A model generated the notes under the pieces. It was given only the letters and a program-made list of their open reading frames with translations. It was not told where the DNA came from and searched no databases. A DNA stretch of 64,000 nt from Batkoa obscura (taxonomy: Eukaryota): NCBI GenBank assembly GCA_030770535.1, contig JASVEC010000021.1, positions 62,001-126,000 of the forward strand. The letters are read 5' to 3'. Numbering within the stretch: position 1 is the first letter of the stretch; each line of letters opens with the position of its first letter. Below, one piece after another: positions 26,164 through 38,749 of the stretch. Both the position numbers and the translations under genes were made by a program.

Positions 26164-27550
26164 TTTAAAATTACAAATTCTTTGTAATAATTGGAACTAT
26201 TTATATTATGGAAATTAAATTTTCATTCCTCTTGAAACTTAAATTAATTCTCTTATTAATTCATCTTTTTTGTTTACCTTTTTAAAAAAATACTCTCTTG
26301 ACACTATTTATTAAATAAAGTAAAATTTCAAAGCATAAATCTAATTGAAAAATAAAGATAAGAAAGGAATAGAATTATATAAAAGTCAACATCTTCTTAT
26401 TTATACAAATGAATGGCCTAAGACTTCCTTCCATTAGAAGTTTCTCTCCTGCTTTTTGATTTTTCCAATTTAAAAGTGGGATAAAAATTCTTCAATTAAA
26501 AAACTTTCCATTCTAAAAAATATTAGGTTTAGAACTAAAAACTTTGCAACATTAGGAATATAGAGCCTAAATGATAGAAATAATAATTATCGATAATAAA
26601 GTAAGAGAATATATAGTAAATATATCATTAGTAAAGGACAAATCTCTATCCTACAAGATATATAGTTCACTATAAAATTATCTATGGCCTATGTTGATTT
26701 TAATTAAATGTTTAATCATTTTCAATTGTTTTTTTAAACCGATTTTTCCAACCGCCTCTTTTACAATATATTTTAACTTCTATTATCTAATTTTGTATAC
26801 TCCGTTATTATTATGGTAGTAAAAGTAATCGTTGTTTTATAATTTGCTATTAAATTTTGAAAAGGGTATAAAGATCATTTTTTATATTTTAACATTTAAC
26901 TAGTAATTTTTACATTTTGCATTATGTAAAGAATGGCGAAAGTAGAAAAAAATATTTTAGGCATTGTTTAATCTTTTTATTACAAATCCAAAGACAGCCT
27001 ATTTGAGATATAAAAGTGTTTAAAAAAATAAATTAAGAATAACAGAGTGAGAATATTAATTAGTAGTAGAATAAAATGTTAATGCCCTGCTCAATAAGTG
27101 ACCAATTCACTTTAAAGAATCGTTTTATTGTTTTCGGTTGGGCTTTATCCTGTAATAGATATGATCATATTCTTTATCAAGAAGTTCATCGGACTCTTCT
27201 ACAAGGACTTCAAAAAGAGGTAAAGTGTTTTATTGACTCATATCGAAGAGAATCAATACTGCAATGTATAATTCAGATTATACAGGGAAACAAAAAAGCC
27301 CTCATGAGGGCATATTAGTTAAAAATAGAAATAAGTTTTAAAGTAATTTAATGAAAAGGCCATGTTTATAATAAGAAAGCAATCCCAATGCTTTTAAAAT
27401 TCAAATACTATTCATTGCTATATATTCTTTCCTATCTAATTGTGCCAATTTTTGTTATTATTTACTGGTTATTGCAAAAATATTAATTGGTTTTTCACGT
27501 AAGATTATTTATTACCCAAAAGTAACTAACAATTTTTGTAACAGTCAGGA

Positions 27551-27653
27551 AATGGGGATGTTTTTTTGGTTTCATTACTTTTTCTGTCTTAAGCGTTATT
27601 TGAGCAGAAAAATTATTGGTAAAATTCTTAAACATAAAAATACATCTCCATAT
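27551..27653 (-). mobile_element. ~105 bp MITE copy
   Basis: ATGGGGATGT...ACATCTCCATAT. Confidence 0.88.
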
Positions 27654-27926
27654 GGTCTGTAAAACTGGATTGAATATAAACATAGTATATAAGATAGTAT
27701 TTGTTTTCTAAACATGGTTTAATGAATTTATATAAATAGTCTGATTTGTACTATTTATTTCAAATCATTTTATTATTTTGATCAAATACACTATTTAGTA
27801 TTATTAATGTCATCAATAGTACTTAAAAATCTTGATACTAAAGGTATAGGCAAATGCTAACAACTGAATTAGTGCACTTACTGATAATATTATTGAACTT
27901 TTCTTTCAATAATTGGATAAGCTTAA

Positions 27927-28031
27927 ATATAGGGAGATGTATTTTTTTGTTTAAGAATTTATTGATAATCTTTTCGCTGAAATAGTGCTTAAAAATGAAA
28001 GAGTGACCAAGTCAAAAAAATACCACTATAT
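27927..28031 (+). mobile_element. ~105 bp MITE copy
   Basis: ATATAGGGAGATGT...ATACCACTATAT. Confidence 0.8.
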
Positions 28032-29339
28032 AAAACATTAGTTTTAGAGGTTCGTTATTGAGATTAGTCAGGGATTCTATTAATAGTTTAATTTAAGGTT
28101 TGCTGAAATTTTTAAGGGTTTGAAGTAAAAGCAACAAGAAACAGTTGATCGGGATCTATTCACTTAGAGATGAGTATAGAAATGAGACATGCGATGAAAC
28201 AACTAGTTTTAAGGATATGGAATTGATATAATGTATCAAATAATGGACCGCAAAGAAAGTTATCAATTAAAAATTATGAGGGACTCACAATAAAGCTTTG
28301 CGAATTTAAGATAATTTTCCAAAGGATAAATTTAATTGGTTTAATTATTGTATACTTATTTAATTTCCATCATTAAAATAATTATAAATTCGATCTCTAG
28401 AGCAATATTTGTAATATTATATGTAGTATAAATACTCTTATTGAAATAAAATAACATTTACTTATGAGTGGACTAGTTTAAATCCTAAGTTCACTTTTTC
28501 AGATTTTGATTTTTGCAAAATTTCAAATTAGTCAATAGATTTATAACTTTAAATCAAACTTGAATTGGAAAACTATATAATTTTAACTGGACTTTAACTC
28601 TGCGATATTATTATGCTTTTATTTAATCCTTTAAGCATTACTAGTTATTCAAAAAAACTCGGTCACAGTTCTTCTCTTGAAGGGAGTTTTCTAAAAAGCA
28701 ACATTTAGCCAATAAATTTTTAAAATTTTAGCCAAGCTAATTTAAACTAGATGAGATTTTTAGACATTATTGGCTAAATACTACCCTTTGATCAGAATAG
28801 ATATATCCACATTAATTACTTGAAGATTAATCTATAATTTAAAGATGTGAACTATTTATAAATACCTTCTTAAAATATCTTTTATCTTGTTTTTATTTTT
28901 TAATAAAATCCAAAGCCTTCTTCTAGGTACCAAAGGTGATTTGAAACTAAAGATACCACTATTATAAGTATTAATTTTATGAAATCGGGTTTAACTTTAA
29001 AGTACAATATAAAATAAGAAAACGTTTTAATTATGAGGGGTTAAAACTATTTTTAGTGATATTATCATTATTTGATAATATATTAAATATTAAATACAAA
29101 ATAAAGATTAAAATGACGAAATAAAGACAAAAAATCAAATGTCAATAGAATTTTTCTTATGTAAGATTTACTTTCACTTTGTGTTTGGAAATGAACTTGT
29201 AAAAATGAGATCATTTTCATTTAAAAATAATGAAAAAATAGTATAAAAGCCAGTTGTTATAAATTAAATAAATTATAAAACAAAACAAAAACAAATTAAC
29301 TAACAAATTAATTATTAAATATCAAATTAAATAATCAAA

Positions 29340-29639
29340 ATGACTGGAAGCCCATCAAAAATGTCTGGTAACTATAACTCTACCATTGGATCCATCAAAG
29401 AAAATGTAGGTTCTGCTCTTGGTAATCATTCTCTTGAATCTAAAGGTGCTGCTCAAAGAGCTGAAGGTGATGCTGAATATAAAGCTGCTCAAGCTAAAGG
29501 CTATGCTGAAGGTTCTAAAGATAGTGTAAAAGGAAGTGTTAAAGATACTGTTGGATCAGCTATTGGTAATGAGCAAATGCAAGCTGAAGGTAAAGCTTCT
29601 AAATTACAAGGTGATGCTAAAAAGGAAATGAACTCTTAA
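29340..29639 (+). CDS. CsbD-like / Hmp1-type protein, copy 4
   Basis: Protein identical to copies 1 and 2. TATAAAA at 29242-29248. Confidence 0.85.
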   Translation: MTGSPSKMSGNYNSTIGSIKENVGSALGNHSLESKGAAQRAEGDAEYKAAQAKGYAEGSKDSVKGSVKDTVGSAIGNEQMQAEGKASKLQGDAKKEMNS

Positions 29640-29802
29640 TTATCTAATTTAATACGTTGTAAATAAAATTACGTTTTAATCATAATTAAATATCATAGTT
29701 GTTTGAAATTAATTAAAGAACCTTTGTATTTATTTGATAATTAATAAACTTTCATGTTGGAGTTATCTTTTTTAGTTTTATGCTAGTGTTTAAAAATTAA
29801 AT

Positions 29803-29911
29803 ATATGTGGATGGATGTATTCTTTTGTTTAAGAATTTTATTAACAATCTTTCCACTCAAATAGCGCCTAAAAAATGGAAAAAGTAATGAAATAAAAAAA
29901 CATCCCCTTAT
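29803..29911 (+). mobile_element. ~105 bp MITE copy
   Basis: ATATGTGGATGGATGTATTC...ACATCCCCTTAT. Confidence 0.85.
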
Positions 29912-31297
29912 GATTCAATTAATATTATCATACGATAAGTTTTATTTCAATCTAAATATTTAAATGGACTATCATAAAAAATGGGCACTAATACTTAAGT
30001 AATGGGTAAATCTATTTTCAATAGTATGAGAATATTTATTTGGTCAACTAATTAGCAATAAAGTAGGAAGTCCAAGACAAGGGGTCTTTATAATATATTT
30101 TGGCGTTACTTCTATTAAAGAATTGATGTTATATTATAATTTTTAAGATAAAGTTAAGTATAACTAAGATATTATAATTGGACTATTGTATCAAACTTAA
30201 ATTTTGATTTCAAAGGGATTTGCATTATTTACTTAATTCAAACCTTGTAATATTCAAATTAATCAATACCCTTTAGCTATAAGTTATTCTATAACCAAAA
30301 AAAGCTCTTGAATTATAATTTCAAAAATGTTGAAGCATAATTTAAATTTAATAACTCTATGTCTATGAGTCAGACTTTTTCATATATAATTGTTTTCCTT
30401 TTTGATATTCGAAGAAATTCGATAAAGCACTCTCACTTCCATACTAGCATTTTGTCCAAAAAAAGGTCTTTATCTACAAGTAGTGAATAAGGTAAATAAA
30501 CCAAGTCTATACAATTAGGTAAAACTAAATTTTATAATTTTCAAAAAAATGTAAAATATTGAAGTAGAATACATATTTTTATGATATTATAATATTATGA
30601 AAAAGAAATGTATGGAATTCAAATGATCTTATTTTTGTATTTTTTTCATCATTGAGGTAATTGAAGACAGATTACAAAGTTTGATTTAATCACATTATTT
30701 AAAAAATTTAATTGTTAGCTTCTTTTATAAGTGATCTTTATTTGTAAGGGTTTCTATAGGAACAACATATATAAAATAAATATAGAGCTAATCAAATAAA
30801 GATAACAGGATGAATTGACTTTTTACATTTATGTCTGATTGATTATATAGTGATTTTACGTATGTTGTTTACACAGACAATGTTGATGAATTCTAATCCT
30901 TTTCATTATATAGCTGTTTACTCTTTATTAATTTAAAAGCGCATTTTAGGATAAACTAGAACTGAAGCTAAATTTAAAAGGTAAAAATATAAAAAGTTAT
31001 AATAATAATAAAGGATATTGTTTGAATCAATATTTTAAAATAAAATATTATGATGATGTAATTTTAATCGTTCAAAATGCTGCATTTAGATAATCATATA
31101 TAATACATTTATGTTCCAAAATCTTTAAAATCTATTTTATTACTATAAATTTCTTATCACGAACACAACCAAACAATAGCATAGTTCTAAACTTTAAAAA
31201 CACTACCTAACCCATATACTAACAAAAGACCTTCAATGTTATATCAAAATTATTTATTAAAATTAAAATATTAGTACATTAACAAGGTATCTTAAGT

Positions 31298-31537
31298 TTA
31301 AGGGATAATACTTTGAAGAAGGCCACCGACGGCTTTAACACCACCACCTATAAGGCCTTTATCTCCGACAATGGAAGTAGCTACATTGGTGAGAGTACCA
31401 AAGACATCTTTAACAGCACTACGTGCCATCAAGTTTTTAGCTTCCTGCTTAAAAGAACGCGTTACTTTGGTAGGTAGAGAAAATGCAGAAGTAGCAGTAA
31501 GTACAGTAAAAGTTAGTAGTAATGAAGAGAATTTCAT
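31298..31537 (-). CDS. Small secreted prepropeptide (79 aa) with Gly-rich amphipathic C-terminus
   Basis: Signal peptide MKFSSLLLTFTVLTATSA, basic pro-region ending ...NLMAR, 40-aa C-terminal segment. TATATAAAA ~50 bp upstream (31586-31596). Clearly less AT-rich than the flanks. Confidence 0.8.
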   Translation of the reverse strand: MKFSSLLLTFTVLTATSAFSLPTKVTRSFKQEAKNLMARSAVKDVFGTLTNVATSIVGDKGLIGGGVKAVGGLLQSIIP

Positions 31538-32220
31538 AGTTAATAGTTGAAGTTGATTAATGTTTAAAGGTTGAAGAACAATGACTTTTTATATATCTTT
31601 TTTATTAAGGATTGGGGAGTTATTCGTAGAGGGATATATGTGGAAAGCAACATATTTTAATCGATATTAAGTTATTGTATTCTTTATAATATTAATTAAC
31701 TGTTTCAAATTGTCTATTGCTTATTTTTGTCATTGCTTAAATAGTGATTAATATTTTTTCTATTTTTCATTGTAATTCCCAAATTTGGTAAAACTCATAT
31801 TGAATTTGAGACATTTTATATTATTAATCTTTATTAAGAGAACATTGATAGATTAAAACAATCAATTTACTATCAACTAAATTAAAATAACTATAAAAAT
31901 AGTATTACATAAAAAATAATGCTATATATTAATTGTATTATTAGTTTATAGTCGAAAATACTGTACATTTACTTTTAAGCTATTTCTATCTATTTTTAAA
32001 TAGCAAAGTTTTAATTTAGAACTTATCTGTTATAAATAGCTATAGTTTTTATGGTAATTTTTTAATAAAAAATAAAATTAATATTTTTAATGATTTTAAT
32101 AGCACCCTTCTTAATTATATATCTTTATAAATATCATGCTATCATTTTTGATTACATAATACTTTTGTCAATATTATATCAACTTTATTAGTTATTTTCT
32201 AATTACAAATAAAGATTTAA

Positions 32221-32327
32221 ACATGGGGATGTATTTTCATGTTTAAGAATTTTACTAACAAATTTTTTATTCAAATAGTGCTTAAAAGATAGAAAAAGTA
32301 ATGAAGCTGAAAAAAACAGCCCCATAT
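32221..32327 (+). mobile_element. ~105 bp MITE copy
   Basis: ACATGGGGATGT...ACAGCCCCATAT. Confidence 0.9.
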
Positions 32328-34370
32328 GTTGTATTATCAAATATTTATAAAACTTATAACCATTTTACAACAAATTAAAATAGTTTATATTAATATATAT
32401 ATATATATATAACTTTTCTAATGATTTTATGAGCCTTGGTTAGGTTAAAGAGGTTAAATTGCTTACCAAAATACCAAAAGTACATCTTATCCGCTAAAGA
32501 GCTTCCTTACCTTTTAAATCTTTCAATTATTTTTATATCAATATACTTTAAGATCTTAATCATCCTAAATAAAATAAGTCTTTTATATGAATGAATAGTT
32601 TAAAAAAGCAATAGCTCATAAAACCTAAATAAAAAAGTAACTATAAATTTAATATTATGGTATTAAAAGATAGACTTCATTAATTTGTTTATTTATCTCA
32701 TTCAATATTATTAAAATTTTGTCAAATATTCCTAATACTTTACTTTATATTCAAGTATCCCCTACAAATACAATTAAAAACCTTGAAGTATAACCTACTC
32801 ATCTAAAGTTAGGTTACTTGGAACATTTTATTCCTCATTAATATACTAAGTCTCCCTTTACAATCTTAATATATCTTATATCATATCCTCATAGTTTTAT
32901 GATTCAATTCATCATATTAAATTCGTTACTTCCAATAATAAAACACTTGTGAGTTTATTTCTTCTAGATTCTCTAAAAATAATATTCCAATTTTAAATTA
33001 ATTTAATAATTAAATATAATAATTAAATATAATAATTAAATATAACTAAATATAATAATTAAATATAGTTTTTTTAAATACAAATAAATTATTTTATTAA
33101 GCAGTTAAATAGATAATTGAAATGATATATAAATTACTCGAATTATAAAGCTAGTATTTCAAATAAATACACACATAGTTCAATACAATTATGGGTTTAT
33201 TATGATTAATAAATTTTAGTAAATATAATATCTAAAAATAATAAAGAAGTGGTTCAATAATTAACTTTTAATAAACTTTTTAAGCTTAAATATTACGAAT
33301 CTTAATAAGCTATTAATTAAAAAGAATATTCAATAAGATTTCAATAAGATTTCAATAAACTTTCAATAAAATTTCAATTTGAATTTTATAAAACTTATAG
33401 ATTAAATTCTAAATAATATTAAATTTATATAAAAATATTCAAAAAAAAATATTAAAGTTTAAATCTTAAATTTTAAAATTTTAACCGGAGTTTTAGTTAA
33501 TTGGAGGGCTTAAAATTAGTCAGTTACCTAAAATGGTATTCAAGTCTTTTGAAACTACTATAATTATGCTAGTGTAATAAATAATTATTCTTAAGTTTAA
33601 AAAAATGAAATTTTTGTTTTTTATTATTCTTATTTATAAACTTAATTTCATAATAAGCCTCAATAAATAAAAGGATATGATCTTATTTAATTACTTAGTT
33701 TGACATTTTAATATCTTATAATACAAGTTATTAATTAATCATATTAAAAATAAAATTGATTAATTAAATATTTATTATATAGTTCTATAAATTAATAATA
33801 ATAATATATAATAAACAATAACATCACTAAATAAATTAAGAATTATAACACCTATGATTAATTAATTTGAATGTACCAATGAAATTCATTCTTTCTTTTT
33901 ACTATCTTTTAAAGAAATGGAATGAATGAGAGGCGTTGGTGATATTGAATTTTCCAAAAGCGATTAAATCAAGTGTTAACTAATACCAAATTTGGATCAA
34001 GTTACCGTATAACGGATTATGAAAGAGGATTCTTTTTCTCAAAGTTCTATAAAATATAGAATAACAAAGGTTTATTAAAAAGAAATCGAAAAATAGAACA
34101 ATGAAATGAGCCAATTAAATCCATTTATTAGACAGATTTTCATCTTAAAACTGATTTATTAAAATAATTATTAAGTCAATATTTCAACAATTACCTTTTT
34201 TTTTAAATCTTTTTTAAAAAGTTGATAAAATTAAAAATAATAATAATTTTTTTATTATATATTTTTATCCTTTAATTTATTTTAATCGTAAAACTTGAAT
34301 TTATTAATTTTGAATTCCATTTTTTTAAAACCTTTTTCTATTTTTTTAGTTTATTTTTTTTAAATTTAAT

Positions 34371-35667
34371 ATGGGTTGCTCTCAAAGTACAGATAATCAA
34401 GGTTTTGAACAAAACGATACTATAGAAAATCAACTAAGGGCTGATCGTGCTTCTTTAAAAAATGAAGTTAAACTACTTTTATTAGGTACTATCTTATTTT
34501 CATTTTGTTTAACAACTAACTAACTTATTCTTCTTTTCTTATAGGTGCTGGAGAATCGGGTAAAAGTACAATAGTAAAACAGATGGAATTGATACATAAT
34601 GGAAGTTATCCTGATAATGTTAAAAATGAATTTAAAGAAGTGATCTTTTCAAATACTATTGTTTCTATGAGAGTTATATTAGAAGCTATGAGCGAACTTG
34701 GTATCTCTTTAGGTGATGATAATAATCAAACTTATGTTGAACTTATCTTTCAACTTCCTAATCCACTTAATTATTCTTATTTACCTCCAAATGTTTCAAT
34801 GGCTTTAATTGCACTTTGGAGTGATAATGGGGTTAAACTTTGTGTAGATAGATCAAGAGAATTTCAACTTAATGATTCTGCAGCTTAGTAAGTGATTTTG
34901 ACTTGAATTTTATAATAATAATAATAATACTGATAACTTATTTATAGTTATTTTGATTCTGTAGAACGATTTTCTCAGCCTAATTATTTACCAACAGATC
35001 AAGATGTACTTCGTTCAAGAGTTAAAACAAGTGGTATTATAGAAACTAATTTTCAAGTGGGTAAGTTAACTTATCGAATGGTGGATGTGGGAGGTCAACG
35101 TTCTGAACGTAAAAAATGGATTCATTGTTTTGAAGGAGTAACTTCTATTATTTTTATGGTAGCTATTAATGAATATGATCAAACTTTAATTGAAGATGAA
35201 AATATGGTAATAATTTTAATTGTTATTTTAATAATAATTTTTATTTTATTTTTTAGAATCGTATGCATGAATCTTTCACTTTATTTGATTCTGTTTGTAA
35301 TTCTAAATGGTTTCAAGATACTGCTATAATTTTATTTTTAAATAAAATTGATATCTTGAAAAATAAAGTATTAACTTCACCAGTTTCCAATTATTTTCCG
35401 GAATATCAAGGTAAGTGTTTATACTCACTTACACCTACCTCTATAAATCAGAGAACTAATTCATTTTATTTATTATTAGGTGGTACTGATTTCCAATCGG
35501 CATGTGAATTTTTTAAAGGCAAATTTTTAGCTTTAAATAAGAATGTAGAAAAACAAATTTACTGTCATTTTACTTGTGCTACTGATACAAAACAAATTAA
35601 ATTTGTGATGAGTGCTGTAAATGATATAGTAGTACAAATTAATTTAAGAGCGTGTGGTCTTTTATAA
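34371..35667 (+). CDS. Heterotrimeric G protein alpha subunit, fungal group I (Gi-like)
   Basis: MGCSQS myristoylation site, [41 protein letters not shown]-terminal CGLL. Exons 34371-34485, 34545-34887, 34948-35206, 35257-35410, 35480-35667. Confidence 0.96.
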
Positions 35668-36682
35668 ATAATAATAATAATAATAACTGTTTTTGTAAAG
35701 TTGAATTAAGATGATAATTTTAAATTTAAAAAACAACCTTTTTTTTAACTTTTTTTTTGCCGATTCAATCTACCACACATATCATTATCATTGACACATA
35801 CCAAGATTAAATCAAACTTCCTCATTTCCCCACCTCTCTTTAAACTCTTTATATTCTTCTTAGTTAATAATAACATTTTTTAAGTATTATCTAGTTCATT
35901 ATCTATTTTCTTATTTTTCTTTTCTTTTTTTTTTAAAGAGGTTGAAGGAGTTTATGAAAACTTTAAGTGTTTTATTATTTGAGATGAATTTTATCTTTGC
36001 TTTCTTTTAAACAATAACATATAGATATAGATATATAAACCCTTTTTTAACTAAATAATATATTATTATGGCATCAAGGTATATAAACTCGATTTGTCTT
36101 AAAGAATAAATATAGTTTATTATTTTATCCGCTGGTTTTAAACTATTATAATCTTTGATTTATTTTTCAAAAATATTGAATAAAATGGTTTTAAACAAGA
36201 TGGTGAACTGAAAATTAATTTCTTCTAAAACATTGAGTATTATTCTTAAACTAGAATTTGATAAATAAATAATAAAATAATATAAAATAATATAAAATAA
36301 TATAAAATAATAGAATATATTAAAGTTATATTTATGTAGTCAAGTATTGTTAATTTACTTATTATGTCATTGAAATTGAATTTAAATTTAGATTTCAGTT
36401 AAAAATAAGATTGAATATTTGTATCAATCAAAAAAGTTAGTATTGTTTTATTAAAAAAGATAGATTTGCCCAAAATTAATGATTTTTTGTAACCACTTAA
36501 GTTTCAACTAGAAATTAATAAAAAGGAAGGGGTAATTAAAACTAAAACTATAAATTCCAGCAATTTTGATAACAAAAAAATAGAAAATAGAAAATAGAAA
36601 ATAGAAAATATTATCAATAAATCAATAAGTTTAATATTTCTATTTTAAAAAAAAACTCATTTTTAGTTTTTTTTTTAAAAAG

Positions 36683-37364
36683 ATGGTAGTTTAAAATTTA
36701 AGATTTAAAATTCTAATAAATTAATAGTCTATTTTTCTTTAACTAAAGGGTCAAGAAAGCAGTAAATCAGAAAGTAAAAATCCCCATCGACGAACGGTGT
36801 CCACCTCAGTCGTAGCCCCAAGCAAACATCCCAATATGATATTAAAATTAAATGATTCAACTCACAATAACAATCTTACTACACCAAGTAGTTCCTGGTT
36901 AAAAAATAATGGTCATTTAATATCTCCTCGATTACCTCGATTAGAAGAAATATCTGGAGTTATTAGTTCATTTCCATTTAAAACAATTGATGAAGTAGAA
37001 GGTTTGAGTTTAAGTGATAAAGAAATGGATGTTAAAATAAGTCAATCTTATGGTAATGAATATCAGCAATTGTCAAGTTCAATGCCATTAGGAAACGCTA
37101 TTAAGGGCTTATGTAATGTTAAATCAATGGACAGAATAGGGAGACAGAATGATTACTATTCCAATAATAGTTCGCAAAGTTCATTTCAAGTAAATATTCT
37201 TAATTTTTAAACAATTGAAGGTTTTAATAGTGAAATTTTTTATATAATAGGATAGTCCAATTATTACTGTTAGTAAAGGAAAAGCACATAAAATAGATCC
37301 AATCTTATTAAAATTAAAAGGGTTACCGAAAGTAAGTTGAAAGAATAATAATAATAACAATATT

Positions 37365-37416
<52 letters not shown>

Positions 37417-38611
37417 TTTTATTTTATTTTATTTTATTTAGATACCATATAGTTTTCAAATGAATGTTACTAACATGGATACTAATTATTCAAATACTAA
37501 TTCATTTTCTTTAAATAATTTATGGCATCGTAATACTATTAGTTTACCTAAAGTTAAAGCACCATCTATTGGTAAGTATTATTTGTTTAATTGAATTTAT
37601 AATAATATATAATAGAATTTATTTATTTATTATTTTTTAGTTGAATTAGAATCAATTATTTACAATTTGATGTTGTATCATCAAAGAGAATACTTTATTG
37701 AAATGAATCAAATTTTAAAAGATCAAGTAAATTTATATTAATTTATATTAATTTATATTAATTTATATTAATTTTTATTTTAGGAAACAGTAGTTGAAAA
37801 AATTGAAAGTATAGAAGCTGCAGTTGAAGGTCATATAAAATATACAACACCACATCTACGATATATTCATGATAGTAATACTAATTTAAAATTAGCAAGT
37901 AATAATTTTCATTCGTATTTAAAATATTATATTAAACTAATAAAAATTGATAATTTAGTGAATGAAATTCAACAAGAATTAGAGCATAGTCGACAATTAA
38001 TTTACAATGTATTTAAACGAATTGAAAAAATTAATTCATATTTACCTCAAGAAGAACGATTAGGTTACTTAAAATATCAATCTCAAAAAACATATAGTAA
38101 TTTACATACAAGTTATCGTAAAGCCATGTTAAAAGGTAGTGCACCTAATTTTAATAAAAGTAATTATTCTTCGATGATGAGTCGACGACGACGAGAATCA
38201 GTAACTACACTTACACTCGATACTATTATGGCTGAAAAACATCGACCCTTTTCTCAATTAACAACGAGTCATTGGGAGCCTTCTCATTCACCATTTATTA
38301 ATCGACCAATATCGAATTTATCACGAAATTCCATAGATGATTATGGAAATGTTTATTCAGCACATTCTCTATTATCAGAAATGAATTCATTTATGAATTT
38401 TAATAGAGAAAATAATAATAATAGTCAACAACAATTTAATAATATGAGAACTAGATCCCCATCGATTAGGAATTTATCCTTTTTTGATAATGGTAATGCA
38501 AATAATGGTTTAAAATATTATTCATTGGAAAATGAAGAATTTATTAATGTAAATAATAATTTAATGTTATTGGCTAAAAATGAGGATGGGGTAATTAATA
38601 AGGAAACTTAA
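36683..38611 (+). CDS. BORCS5: BLOC-1-related complex subunit 5 (myrlysin) homologue
   Basis: Spliced N-terminus M|GQESSK (ATG 36683-36685, exon 2 from 36749). IITVSKG..DPILLKLKGLPK motif, coiled coil ending IEKINSYLPQEERL. Multi-exon. Confidence 0.72.
37368..37440. repeat. (ATTT)n/(ATTTT)n microsatellite in intron
   Basis: Tandem tetra- and pentanucleotide run inside a BORCS5 intron. Confidence 0.9.
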
Positions 38612-38749
38612 TAGGGAATAAGTTAAGTTTTTTCTTTTAAGATTTTTTAAATGAATTTTGTTAAGTGTAAATAATAATAATAATAATAATAATAATAAAG
38701 ATAATAATAATAATATAATAATATAATAATGATATATAATAATAATATT

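Noticed and set aside
27076..28320. Less AT-rich patches (27076-27400, 28080-28320) as transposase or gene relics
   Set aside because: No recognisable motif in any frame and several stops. Would need a tBLASTx search to support.
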